From NCBI GenBank assembly GCA_964399075.1, contig CAYNPK010000003.1, positions 6,306-70,305 of the forward strand: DNA of 64,000 bases, written 5' to 3'. The notes under the pieces were generated by a model, which worked only from the letters and a program-made list of their open reading frames with translations, had not been told where the DNA came from and made no database searches. Positions 17,323-26,915 of this stretch are shown here, in pieces; positions within the stretch are counted from its first letter, which is position 1; each line of letters begins with the position of its first letter. The DNA comes from an uncultured Candidatus Saccharibacteria bacterium (lineage in GTDB: Bacteria; Patescibacteriota; Minisyncoccia; Phycocordibacterales; JACOZG01). The position numbers and the translations under genes are program-made.

Positions 17323-18563
17323 ACGATAGCGCCAATCTAAATCGCCGTCGCGAGGAAGCCAGAGAGGCAATGGAAACTGAAGAACACCGTCAAAAGCGCC
17401 AAACCAGAACTCAAACCTTGGCTAAAAAGAGGGAGCTAGCCAGAGCGGCAATGGAAAGTGTTGACCAACGTCGACGTCATGAATCGAAAAATAAAATCAA
17501 GCGCAATCAGGAAGCTAAGCGCAAGGCGGAGGAGGAGGCTAAACTCCAAGCACTAACCGCGCAAGAACGAACGAAACAAGAAGCCGAAGAAGCTAAACGC
17601 AAGGCGGAGGAGGCAGAAACTAAAGCGCGTCAGCGTAAGCGATCACAGATTGACGAGTCTGAAGAACTAATTGATAAGCTGAAAGTTAGAGAGTCAAAAC
17701 TAAACCCTCTCCGAACTTTAAAGCTGGACATGGCGCGAGCAGTAAAAGAAGAAGGAGTTTCCATTTCTAAAATAGCCACGAGTGAAGAGGCTCGGAGACG
17801 ATTGGGTAAAACTAACCAAGAGAAGCCAGAGCCTGGCGTTTACAGAATTGTCGCTTTAATAATTATTTTAATTGCTATTTCTGGGGGAGCTATTCTCCAA
17901 TGGTCTGGCTATTTTGACTTCCGACAACTCTGGACTAGGCCAACTGATATCGTTACGCCAACAACTTCCCAAACAACGTCTCTCGTTTTTGCTGATCAGG
18001 TAAAGACTTTCGATATTGCCGGCATAATTGACTCGGACGAATTAAGTCAAAGATTAATGACCGAAGCAAAACAAGGTGATTTAAACCGAAGAGCAATTAG
18101 ACACCTCTCTGTTGTGAATAGTGTTAATAATAAAAACTCAATCGCTTGGAGTGAGCTGGTTCAGCGACTGGGACTGCGCTTACCGGACTTGCTGGCCAGA
18201 ACTCTTAACGAGACATTTATGATTGGCGCTTACGGCGAAGCTTCTGGCTCAAATTCAAATTCGATGTTCATTATTCTTAAGCCACGTTCTTATGAACAAG
18301 CTTACGCCTCAATGTTAAATTGGGAAATTGATTTGGTTAGCGACTTGGCGCCAATCTTCCAAGGCAGTCGATTGACAAGCACGCAGACAAGTGGAGTTTT
18401 CAAAGACAGATTAATTCTAAACATCGATACCCGCTACTTAAGTGACAAAGATGGCAAAACGATTATCTTCTACGCCTTTCTGAACAAAGAGACCTTATTA
18501 ATTGCTCAGAATGAAGAAACTTTTATTGAAGTCTTCAATCGGTTTACGACTCCCGGGAACTAG
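17319..18563 (+). CDS. Coiled-coil membrane-anchored protein (414 aa) with a C-terminal soluble domain
   Basis: N-terminal E/R/K-rich coiled coil, one TM helix (YRIVALIIILIAISGGAIL), then a roughly 200-aa C-terminal domain; 4-bp overlap with the upstream paralog-like gene. Confidence 0.5.
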   Translation: MNDSANLNRRREEAREAMETEEHRQKRQTRTQTLAKKRELARAAMESVDQRRRHESKNKIKRNQEAKRKAEEEAKLQALTAQERTKQEAEEAKRKAEEAETKARQRKRSQIDESEELIDKLKVRESKLNPLRTLKLDMARAVKEEGVSISKIATSEEARRRLGKTNQEKPEPGVYRIVALIIILIAISGGAILQWSGYFDFRQLWTRPTDIVTPTTSQTTSLVFADQVKTFDIAGIIDSDELSQRLMTEAKQGDLNRRAIRHLSVVNSVNNKNSIAWSELVQRLGLRLPDLLARTLNETFMIGAYGEASGSNSNSMFIILKPRSYEQAYASMLNWEIDLVSDLAPIFQGSRLTSTQTSGVFKDRLILNIDTRYLSDKDGKTIIFYAFLNKETLLIAQNEETFIEVFNRFTTPGN

Positions 18564-18577
18564 AGTATAATTTAATT

Positions 18578-18931
18578 ATGGATACTAAAAAACTGAAAGA
18601 GGCTCTGGAAACAGAACGACAACAACTTGAAGTAGAACTAAAGAAGATTGGCCGAATCAATCCGGAGAATGCTAGCGACTGGGAAGTAACACCCTCAACT
18701 GATTCCGAATCAATTGAGTTTCGTGATGAAGTTGGCGATCAAATAGAAGAGCTTGATACGCGCGAAGCAACCGAAGTGGCCCTAGAACAGCGTTACCGCA
18801 ACATTGTTCGGGCTCTAAACGCTCTGGCTGACGGCTCTTATGGTCAATGCGAAATTTGTCATCAAACAATTGAGAGTGACCGACTAGAAGCCAATCCCTC
18901 AGCGAGAACCTGCAAAGCTCACCGAGAATAA
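18578..18931 (+). CDS. TraR/DksA family C4-type zinc-finger protein
   Basis: 117 aa; acidic coiled-coil N-terminus and C-terminal CEICHQTIESDRLEANPSARTCKAHRE (CxxC-17-C...H). Confidence 0.7.
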   Translation: MDTKKLKEALETERQQLEVELKKIGRINPENASDWEVTPSTDSESIEFRDEVGDQIEELDTREATEVALEQRYRNIVRALNALADGSYGQCEICHQTIESDRLEANPSARTCKAHRE

Positions 18932-20469
18932 TGTTAGCAAAGGTTCATTCCGCTCAAGTCGTCGGCCTTCGGGCCGACATTATTGATGTGGAAATAGATA
19001 TTGGTAAAGGCCTGCACTCTTTTACCGTAGTCGGCCTGCCAGACAAGGCGGTAGAGGAAGCTAAAGACAGAATTACGGCTGCAATTAAAAATTCTGGCTT
19101 TAAGTCACCCCAGAAAAGCAGTAAAAAAGTAATTGTTTCTCTCGCGCCAGCGGATATTAAAAAAGAGGGTCCGGTGTTTGATCTGGCGATTGCGATAGCT
19201 TATCTAACAGCCAATCAAGAAATTAAATTTGACTCTAGTGATAAATTATTTATTGGTGAACTGGCTCTAGACGGCAGTTTAAGACCAATCAAGGGAGCTC
19301 TAATGATTGCCCGCCAAGCGCGAGAGGCCGGCTTTAAAGAAATTTATTTACCCCTAGCCAATGCGGAGGAAGCAGCGTTAATAAGAGATCTAATCGTGTT
19401 TGGTTGTGGCAAACTGAAAGATTTAGTTAATCATCTAACGATTTCTACTCCACCAATATTGCTAACTCCCCAACCAGCCACTCAAATTAATTACAAAGAG
19501 CGAGAGCCGGTGGGAGAATTTGCAGAGATTAAAGGCCAACAAACCGCTAAAAGAGGCTTGGAAATCGCCGCCGCCGGTGGACACAATATTGCCATGTATG
19601 GCCCACCGGGAACTGGCAAAACGATGTTAGCTAAAGCTTTTGCCAGTATTTTACCACCCCTACCTTTCGATCATATTTTAGAAATTACGGGCATTCATTC
19701 CGCGGCCGGATTATTGCAAGGCACTTTAATTGCTCATCCGCCAATTCGCGCGCCACACCACACCTCTTCTTATGTTTCACTCGTCGGCGGAGGTAGCTGG
19801 CCAAAACCAGGAGAAATTACCTTAGCTCATAGGGGAATTCTCTTTCTTGACGAATTTCCTGAATTCGATAAAAAAGTGATTGAGTCCTTGCGACAACCTC
19901 TCGAAGATCGAGTGATTAATATCGCCAGAGCTCGCGGAACCATGACTTTCCCGGCCAATTTTATTCTAGTGGCCGCTTTCAACCCTTGTCCTTGTGGCAA
20001 TCAGGGTTTAAGAGGACGAGAATGTATTTGCTCGCAATCAGCCCTCATTCGTTATCGCCGAAAAATATCCGGCCCGATTATTGACCGGATTGATTTGTGG
20101 CTAGAAGTTGGCCAAATTGATCCGGAAAAGCTATCTAATTACGATATTGAAGAAGAAAGTTCTGTCAAAATTAGAGAACGAGTTTGCCAGGCAAGAGATC
20201 GACAACGACAACGCTTCGGCAACCTAGGACGTTCGGAAAAATTTATTAACGGAGAAATGACTAATAAAGAACTGCGACAGCTAGCTCCTCTGTCTGACAT
20301 CTGCATCAAACTTCTCAATGATTCTGCAAAAAGGCTTGATCTATCCGCTCGCGCCTATCATCGCATTATTAAACTCGCCAGAACTATTGCCGATTTGGCT
20401 GACGAAGAAAATATTAAAGAAAGCCATTTAATCGAAGCCCTCCAATATAGACCAAAGAGCTTGATTTAG
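18931..20469 (+). CDS. comM: YifB/ComM family Mg-chelatase-like AAA+ ATPase
   Basis: 512 aa; N-terminal Lon-like domain, Walker A GPPGTGKTMLAKAF, Walker B ILFLDEFPEF, C-terminal ChlI-like region. Confidence 0.85.
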   Translation: MLAKVHSAQVVGLRADIIDVEIDIGKGLHSFTVVGLPDKAVEEAKDRITAAIKNSGFKSPQKSSKKVIVSLAPADIKKEGPVFDLAIAIAYLTANQEIKFDSSDKLFIGELALDGSLRPIKGALMIARQAREAGFKEIYLPLANAEEAALIRDLIVFGCGKLKDLVNHLTISTPPILLTPQPATQINYKEREPVGEFAEIKGQQTAKRGLEIAAAGGHNIAMYGPPGTGKTMLAKAFASILPPLPFDHILEITGIHSAAGLLQGTLIAHPPIRAPHHTSSYVSLVGGGSWPKPGEITLAHRGILFLDEFPEFDKKVIESLRQPLEDRVINIARARGTMTFPANFILVAAFNPCPCGNQGLRGRECICSQSALIRYRRKISGPIIDRIDLWLEVGQIDPEKLSNYDIEEESSVKIRERVCQARDRQRQRFGNLGRSEKFINGEMTNKELRQLAPLSDICIKLLNDSAKRLDLSARAYHRIIKLARTIADLADEENIKESHLIEALQYRPKSLI

Positions 20470-20505
20470 GTTACAATCAAATAGGCGTGGTGACGTTCAC
20501 CACCA

Positions 20506-20781
20506 TTGATCCAATTTGACCCAAGATCAGAAGGGAAGAAAATAATGACTGAATTGGAAAGATTGAATAGCCTGCAGCCAAGAATTGAAAAGATCTGCCA
20601 ACTGATCGACGAGATCGAAGTTCAAGCGGCTCAATTACCAGCAGAATTTAATGACTTTTCTGGATTGAGAGCGGGAATCAATCGCATTCTTTCCAGTCTT
20701 TCTGATTTTTCCACAACCAAATGCTTGTTAAGACGTGGCTTAAACGCCCTTAAGAAAAGAATTGCAAGCTTAAGTGCCTGA
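20506..20781 (+). CDS. Hypothetical small protein (91 aa)
   Basis: ORF followed by a terminator; no family recognised. Confidence 0.3.
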   Translation: MIQFDPRSEGKKIMTELERLNSLQPRIEKICQLIDEIEVQAAQLPAEFNDFSGLRAGINRILSSLSDFSTTKCLLRRGLNALKKRIASLSA

Positions 20782-20795
20782 TCAAAACAAAAAAA

Positions 20796-20826
20796 CTCGC
20801 CCCAGCTAACACTGTGGCGAGTTTTC
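20796..20826. terminator. Bidirectional rho-independent terminator
   Basis: Hairpin ctcgcc-(14 nt)-ggcgag followed by ttttc, preceded by an A-run. Confidence 0.6.
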
Positions 20827-20864
20827 ACTTATTTTCACTTAAAGCATTAGCTAAATCAGACTAA

Positions 20865-21812
20865 TTAAAATGGATTCTTAGCTCCACGAATCTCGAAGTG
20901 GACATGTGGGCCGGTAGAGTTACCGCTACTACCCAACAAACCAATGGTTTGACCCTGATCCACTCGTTGACCAGTTGAAACATTAGTTTGAAGTAAGTGA
21001 GCATATAAAGTTTGAGTGCTATTGGAGTGTTGAACCACAACGTAATTACCATAGCCACCATTCCAACCACCTTGGCGACTAATGATTACTGTGCCTGATG
21101 CCGAGGCCATTACCGGCGTACCAGATCGTGAGGCCAAGTCTACGGCATTATAACCATGAATACCTTGGGTCTTAACACCACCATTAATTGGTCGCAAATA
21201 GTAACCCACATAGACTGGATTAGCACCACCAGACGGCGAAGACCCCTTAGATCCCTTGGGAGTAACAGACGGTTTAACCACAGCTTGTGGCTCTATACCA
21301 CCGGGGATAATAATCGTACTGCCAACCGTTAAAGTTCTGTTAGTTAAAATATTGTAATTAACAATTTCTTCCGCATCGCCTTGGTATTTTTTAGCCAGAC
21401 TAGCAAGGGTGTCTCCCTTAATCACAGTGTGACGCAAGCCGTTTATTGGCAAAATTACCAAGACTTGGCCTTCTTTAATCGTAGCCTTGGGTGAAAGCTC
21501 GTTGGCCCAACGAATCGTATTAACAGAGACTTGATACATTTCCGCAATCTCTGACACTGTGTCACCGGGACGGACGACATAAATACTAATCTGATCATTA
21601 GATAGCGATTTATTAGAATCAGCAACGCTATGACTCGATTCCGTATCCGGCAAAAGAGCGGAGCCAACAATGGTAATTTCGCCACCACCAATCGAGGTGC
21701 TTGGAGGTAGGCCCTGAGACGGTAATAGACCAATTTGTTGAATATTGCTACCAGAAAGCGTTGCCGAAGAAGCAACGGAAGAAGAAAAAACCGTAATTAC
21801 CCCAACAAGCAA
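20865..21812 (-). CDS. LysM-domain M23 family metallopeptidase
   Basis: Two LysM-like segments (YVVRPGDTVSEIAEMYQVSVNTI; HTVIKGDTLASLAKKY) and C-terminal M23 motifs (GYNAVDLAS; HVHFEI). Confidence 0.85.
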   Translation of the reverse strand: MLVGVITVFSSSVASSATLSGSNIQQIGLLPSQGLPPSTSIGGGEITIVGSALLPDTESSHSVADSNKSLSNDQISIYVVRPGDTVSEIAEMYQVSVNTIRWANELSPKATIKEGQVLVILPINGLRHTVIKGDTLASLAKKYQGDAEEIVNYNILTNRTLTVGSTIIIPGGIEPQAVVKPSVTPKGSKGSSPSGGANPVYVGYYLRPINGGVKTQGIHGYNAVDLASRSGTPVMASASGTVIISRQGGWNGGYGNYVVVQHSNSTQTLYAHLLQTNVSTGQRVDQGQTIGLLGSSGNSTGPHVHFEIRGAKNPF

Positions 21813-22070
21813 AATAAGCCTCTTAAGAAGAAGCTTGGACCTTAGCCCTTTTTTTACTCGGCACGAGACATTAAGGAAGCCGAGTATTGTGAGTTTAGAA
21901 TGAATAAGTTTTACAAAGAGATCCTACCCGTTCAGGAATCAAATGGCTCAACTAAGCCATCTGGTTTACAAATCAATTCAGCAACTTCCATATTCTACTC
22001 TATTGGAGAACTAATTTCAAGCTCAAGCTTGATCCCTGTGGATAACTTATTTTTATGCTAAAATCCCCAG

Positions 22071-24002
22071 ATGACTTCTCCTCATGATCTTAATCCCCAG
22101 CAAGCTCGGGCAACTGAACATCGGGAAGGACCACTCTTGATTGTGGCTGGCGCCGGTGCCGGCAAAACTAAGACCATCGTCAGTCGGATTATCAAATTAA
22201 TAGAATCCGGAGTAGCGCCAGAGAAGATTCTGGCGATCACCTTCACCAACAAGGCCGCCAAAGAAATGCGCGAACGGGTACTAACCGCCTTGGCCGAACG
22301 ACAAGAGTGGCAAGTTGGCCCCACCCCATTTGTTAGCACTTTTCATGCTCTAGGAGCGATGATTATCAAGGAAAACGCTAAACAATTCGGCTTAACTCGC
22401 TATTTTACCATTCTCGACAAAGATGAATCACTAGCTATAGTGAAAAATATGATGAAAGAGCAAGGAATTGAGCTCAAAAGTGTTGAACCACGCCGTATCT
22501 TGGGAATCATCTCTAGAGAGAAAGGCGCCGGCACCACTCTCGCTCAATACAAAGACAGAGGGAGAGCTCAAACAAGTTACCTAGGCAAACTAGCCTTAAC
22601 TATCTGGGAACACTACGAGAACACTCTAGCTAAACGTCAGGCTCTTGACTTCGACGATCTGTTGTTAAAAGCAACGGAACTATTCCGTCGCCAGCCAGAT
22701 ATCCTAGCTCAATATCAAGATCGCTGGCATTATCTCCATATTGATGAATATCAAGATACTAATCTAATTCAGTACGAATTGGCCCAACTCTTGGCCGCGA
22801 AAAGAAGAAATATTTGCGTGGTTGGCGACGTTGATCAGTCAATTTATAGTTGGCGAGGGGCCGATTATCGTAATCTACTCCGCTTTGAGGAGGATTATCC
22901 TGATGTTACGGTCATAACCTTAGAACAAAATTATCGCTCAACTAAAAATATTCTAGCGGCAGCCAATGAAATAATTAGCAAAAACCAAAAACGACACGAG
23001 AAAAATCTCTTTACCACCAATAAAGACGGGGAACGGCTGACTATTATTATTGGCCTAGATGAGGGCGAAGAAGCCCACCTTATTGGCGAAACAGCCAAGA
23101 AATTAATCGGAGACGGAGTGAAACCCGATGAGATTGCCGTACTCTATCGGACGAACTTCCAATCTCGAGTTCTAGAAGAAGCCTTCCTTAGGCAAAATTT
23201 GCCTTACCGCGTTCTGGGAACTCGCTTCTTCGACCGGAAAGAAGTGCGAGATGTTCTAGCTTATATCAAAGCGGCTCTGAATCCCGAAGATGTCGAATCT
23301 GTAAAGCGAATTATTAATGTGCCACCACGCGGTATTGGCAAAGTTACTTTGGCTAAAATGGTGACGAAACAAACAAGCGCGCTACCGCGCGCGACTTTAA
23401 GCAAAGTCAGCGAATTCCAGAAAATGCTAGCTGTGATTGCCGAATCAGCCACGAAGTTAAGGCCTTCGCAATTAATTAAATTCGTCATCAGTCACAGTGG
23501 GATTGAAGCGATGTTTCAAAACAGTCGGACCGAAGAAGATCTGGAACGACTAGCCAACGTTAAAGAACTAGCCAGCTTGGCGGTCAAATATGACGGGCTG
23601 GAAGATGGTTTGTGGCAACTACTCACAGAGGCGGCCTTAGTTTCTGACCAAGATAGTCTGAACGATCCTCAAAAGTCGCAATCAGGAATAAGCTTAATGA
23701 CGGTCCACGCCGCTAAAGGTTTGGAATTCCCTTATGTTTTTATTGCCGGACTGGAACAAAACCTGTTTCCTTCCGCCCCGCGCGAGAATGACGCCAATCG
23801 CGATGACGAAGAAGAGCGGAGGCTGTTTTACGTTGCTCTCACCCGAGCTCAAGAGAAGCTCTTCTTGAGCTACGCCCAAATTAGAACGATTTTTGGCTCC
23901 CAACAAGTCAACACGCCATCAGAATTCTTAACTGATATCAGCGAAGAATTGCTAGACAGGCCCAAACAAAGCTATTTGGATCAAAGTTTTATCGATTTTT
24001 AA
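22071..24002 (+). CDS. pcrA: ATP-dependent DNA helicase UvrD/PcrA family
   Basis: 643 aa; helicase motif I LIVAGAGAGKTKT, motif II (DEYQDTN), C-terminal VALTRAQEKL. Confidence 0.85.
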   Translation: MTSPHDLNPQQARATEHREGPLLIVAGAGAGKTKTIVSRIIKLIESGVAPEKILAITFTNKAAKEMRERVLTALAERQEWQVGPTPFVSTFHALGAMIIKENAKQFGLTRYFTILDKDESLAIVKNMMKEQGIELKSVEPRRILGIISREKGAGTTLAQYKDRGRAQTSYLGKLALTIWEHYENTLAKRQALDFDDLLLKATELFRRQPDILAQYQDRWHYLHIDEYQDTNLIQYELAQLLAAKRRNICVVGDVDQSIYSWRGADYRNLLRFEEDYPDVTVITLEQNYRSTKNILAAANEIISKNQKRHEKNLFTTNKDGERLTIIIGLDEGEEAHLIGETAKKLIGDGVKPDEIAVLYRTNFQSRVLEEAFLRQNLPYRVLGTRFFDRKEVRDVLAYIKAALNPEDVESVKRIINVPPRGIGKVTLAKMVTKQTSALPRATLSKVSEFQKMLAVIAESATKLRPSQLIKFVISHSGIEAMFQNSRTEEDLERLANVKELASLAVKYDGLEDGLWQLLTEAALVSDQDSLNDPQKSQSGISLMTVHAAKGLEFPYVFIAGLEQNLFPSAPRENDANRDDEEERRLFYVALTRAQEKLFLSYAQIRTIFGSQQVNTPSEFLTDISEELLDRPKQSYLDQSFIDF

Positions 24003-24009
24003 ATTAAAT

Positions 24010-24765
24010 ATGAAAGCGAAAAAATCTTTAGGACAACATTGGCTAAGATCAGCATCAGCCAGAGAATCTATTATCGCCACGGCAAAACTGCAAGCGGGTG
24101 ACACAATCTTAGAAATCGGTCCGGGAGAAGGTTTCCTCACCGAGGCACTGTTAGCCACCGGCGCTAGAGTAATTGCTGTAGAAAAAGACGACAGATTGAT
24201 AAGTGACTTAGAACAAAAATTCCAAACAGAAATAGAGCGAGGCAAGCTCAAATTAATTCATGATGATGTTTTAAATTTAGATTTAGATCTAGGCAAGTAT
24301 AAATTAGTCGCCAATATTCCATATTATGTAACTGGACAAGTGTTGAGAAAATTTCTCACCGGCAGGCAACCAGTCAGAATAGTGTTGATGCTCCAAAACG
24401 AGGTGGCTAAAAGAATTATCGCCCGCGATGGACGAGAAAGTATTTTGTCTATCAGCGTTAAGGCTTACGGCACTCCGAAATATATCAAGAAGGTGCCGGC
24501 TGGCGCCTTCACCCCGCCACCTAAGGTTGATTCGGCGATTTTATTAATTTCGGATTTACGCCAATTAGAAACGAGAGAAGAGCAAGAATTTTTCCAAACA
24601 ATCAAACTCGGCTTCGCTCACAAGCGCAAATTATTAACTAGTAACCTCCAATGTTCGACAGAATTATTAGCAGAATGTAAAATCAAACCCAAGGCGCGAG
24701 CTGAAGAATTAACTCTAAATCAATGGCAATGCCTCACTTCCAAATTAAACCCAAAATCAGCTTAG
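24010..24765 (+). CDS. rsmA: 16S rRNA (adenine1518/1519-N6)-dimethyltransferase
   Basis: KSLGQHWL N-terminus, SAM-binding ILEIGPGEGFLT, NIPYYV motif. Confidence 0.85.
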   Translation: MKAKKSLGQHWLRSASARESIIATAKLQAGDTILEIGPGEGFLTEALLATGARVIAVEKDDRLISDLEQKFQTEIERGKLKLIHDDVLNLDLDLGKYKLVANIPYYVTGQVLRKFLTGRQPVRIVLMLQNEVAKRIIARDGRESILSISVKAYGTPKYIKKVPAGAFTPPPKVDSAILLISDLRQLETREEQEFFQTIKLGFAHKRKLLTSNLQCSTELLAECKIKPKARAEELTLNQWQCLTSKLNPKSA

Positions 24766-25184
24766 TTCTACTAATTCTGGCTCTATTAGGGGCGATCACT
24801 CTCTATCAAGCAACCGAATCATTAAAATATTCTGATCTGAAGATAAACAACACGGTCATTAAAGTCAGGATTGCCGACACCCCAATGGAGCAAGCGCGAG
24901 GTTTATCCGGATTAGCCACTCTGGCTCAAGATAAGGGCCTATTATTTGTCTTCAATCAGCCAACTATCCCGCGCTTCTGGATGAAGGAAATGCGTTTCCC
25001 CATCGATATTATTTGGATCGACGAAGAGAAGCAAATCATTGGCATTGAACACAACCTTTCGCCCAACACTTTCCCTCAAATTTATTCACCAAACGCGCCA
25101 ATTATTTACGCCCTAGAAGTTAACGCCACTTGGACCAAGCAACACAATATCAACATCGGCGACTTTATCCACTTCAAGCGGTGA
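24723..25184 (+). CDS. DUF192-domain protein with N-terminal membrane anchor
   Basis: RGLSGL...LLFVFNQPTIPRFWMKEMRFPIDIIWID is characteristic of DUF192. Confidence 0.6.
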   Translation: MAMPHFQIKPKISLVLLILALLGAITLYQATESLKYSDLKINNTVIKVRIADTPMEQARGLSGLATLAQDKGLLFVFNQPTIPRFWMKEMRFPIDIIWIDEEKQIIGIEHNLSPNTFPQIYSPNAPIIYALEVNATWTKQHNINIGDFIHFKR

Positions 25185-25186
25185 AA

Positions 25187-25555
25187 TTATAATTCTGAAG
25201 TTCCAACCTGAATAATTGTTCCATCAACAGGCACAGGAGCGCAAAATAACAATGGATTTAGACAAAATCCGCCAGGAGACGCCGTACCGAGAACCCAAGG
25301 TCCCGCTTCATAAATATTGAAATACTCATATAACGTTGATCCAGTAGTAAACAAAAAACGTCCCGGATTTGGTGGACCAACAGTTAAATTTATACCGTTA
25401 CAACAATAATCCACCCAAATAATTTTCCCACCTAAGAGGAGAGGAGTAGAAACAGCTTGAACAAAATTAGTGTGCCAATAAGAAAAACCGATGAGAGAAA
25501 TCGCAAAAATAATAGCAATTAATGTTGTGATAAAAAAACGATGAGCTTTTTTCAT
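25187..25555 (-). CDS. Hypothetical small membrane or secreted protein
   Basis: N-terminal TM/signal segment (FITTLIAIIFAISLIGF); no family recognised. Confidence 0.35.
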   Translation of the reverse strand: MKKAHRFFITTLIAIIFAISLIGFSYWHTNFVQAVSTPLLLGGKIIWVDYCCNGINLTVGPPNPGRFLFTTGSTLYEYFNIYEAGPWVLGTASPGGFCLNPLLFCAPVPVDGTIIQVGTSEL

Positions 25556-25558
25556 AAA

Positions 25559-26044
25559 CTATAGATTAAGATTAAATTTAGCTGGAGTTAAAGTTTGGCC
25601 TTGTTGATTTCTAACATAGAAATAAAAAAAGAGGTCTGGAAAATCAACTGTTTTGATCATTGCTAAGTTATTAGGCAAATAAGGAGGATCAAAAACAAAA
25701 GATAAAGTGGTTCCATTACGAGAAGTGACTTCAACTTGGCCATAGCCAGTATAAATTACATTGGGACCAGTAGTACTAAAACCGCGTCCGTGCAAAGTAA
25801 CTAAAGTGCCTGGCTCTCCTTGTGTTGGCGTAATCTTATCAATTTGCGGTCGGGCAAGAGGTGTTGACTTTGTTCTACTTAATTCGAAACTTTGCGTCAT
25901 ACGAGAAAAAGCTTCAACTAATTGCTGAATTTGCTTAGCTAAAAATTTCTGAGAATCCTGGCTGGCAAGAAGCGAAGCCTTAACAGAAAAAGCTGAGCCA
26001 AGAAATAAAACCGCAATCACTATCAAAATACTAAATCGACGCAT
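25559..26044 (-). CDS. Hypothetical secreted protein (161 aa)
   Basis: Signal peptide MRRFSILIVIAVLFLGSAFSVKA; no family recognised. Confidence 0.4.
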   Translation of the reverse strand: MRRFSILIVIAVLFLGSAFSVKASLLASQDSQKFLAKQIQQLVEAFSRMTQSFELSRTKSTPLARPQIDKITPTQGEPGTLVTLHGRGFSTTGPNVIYTGYGQVEVTSRNGTTLSFVFDPPYLPNNLAMIKTVDFPDLFFYFYVRNQQGQTLTPAKFNLNL

Positions 26045-26147
26045 TTAATTATTATACTACAAAATACCCACAATTAATTATCCACCTCAAATCTGATTAT
26101 TTTCTAGTACAAATTAGACGGAAGCATTATAATAACAAGACACCATC

Positions 26148-26903
26148 GTGGCAAAAAAAATTAGTTTAATGGTGATAATCATAAGCCTTGGCTTTTTAGG
26201 CTGGCTATGGCTAGTTGGCGGAAGAGTGTTGTCTAACCAAACTTCCGTTGCGACTCCAAACGAATCAGGATTAGAAAGTCTTACCAAGTGGCAGCAAACT
26301 ATTCAAGATGATCCAAATCTGACTGATTTAGAGAAGCGGTTAAATTCATTAGTTTACCAGGCTAGCCTAAAGAAAGGGGCACTCTTGGCCGACCCAAATA
26401 TTAAAAATCCCGATTATGTACCAAGTCACCGCTATCGTCTAAATAATCTGGTAATCATTGATACTAAAGACAGAGAATTTCTTAAAAATTACGGCCAATT
26501 ATTAGCCCTCATTTTAAAATTCTACGAAGGAATGCCGGAAATAAATCCCATGAAAGTTACCCTAGACGCTCTAGAAAACGAAACGGGTAACTCACTCGAC
26601 AAAATTAGAATTTGGCGCAATCGTCACGCAACAGTAACCAGAGAATTAGCAACCATTCCAACGCCCAAAATAGTCGCTGAATATCATTTACAATTAATTA
26701 ACTCAATATTGAATTTAGCCGAATCAAATTTCCACATGGAAAATGTTTTAACAGAACCAATTTTAGCCCTGGAACATGTTAGTTCTTACCCCGCCCGAAC
26801 CATCGCCTTTAACTGGGCATTAACTGAATTAAATAAATTCTTTCGAGATAATGAGGTAAATTTTGATACAACTGATACAATTATGATACCCAGTCAATTT
26901 TAA
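26148..26903 (+). CDS. Hypothetical membrane-anchored protein (251 aa)
   Basis: N-terminal TM helix (ISLMVIIISLGFLGWLWLVGG); no family recognised; immediately upstream of the T4SS-like cluster. Confidence 0.4.
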   Translation: MAKKISLMVIIISLGFLGWLWLVGGRVLSNQTSVATPNESGLESLTKWQQTIQDDPNLTDLEKRLNSLVYQASLKKGALLADPNIKNPDYVPSHRYRLNNLVIIDTKDREFLKNYGQLLALILKFYEGMPEINPMKVTLDALENETGNSLDKIRIWRNRHATVTRELATIPTPKIVAEYHLQLINSILNLAESNFHMENVLTEPILALEHVSSYPARTIAFNWALTELNKFFRDNEVNFDTTDTIMIPSQF

Positions 26904-26915
26904 TCTGCATGTTTT

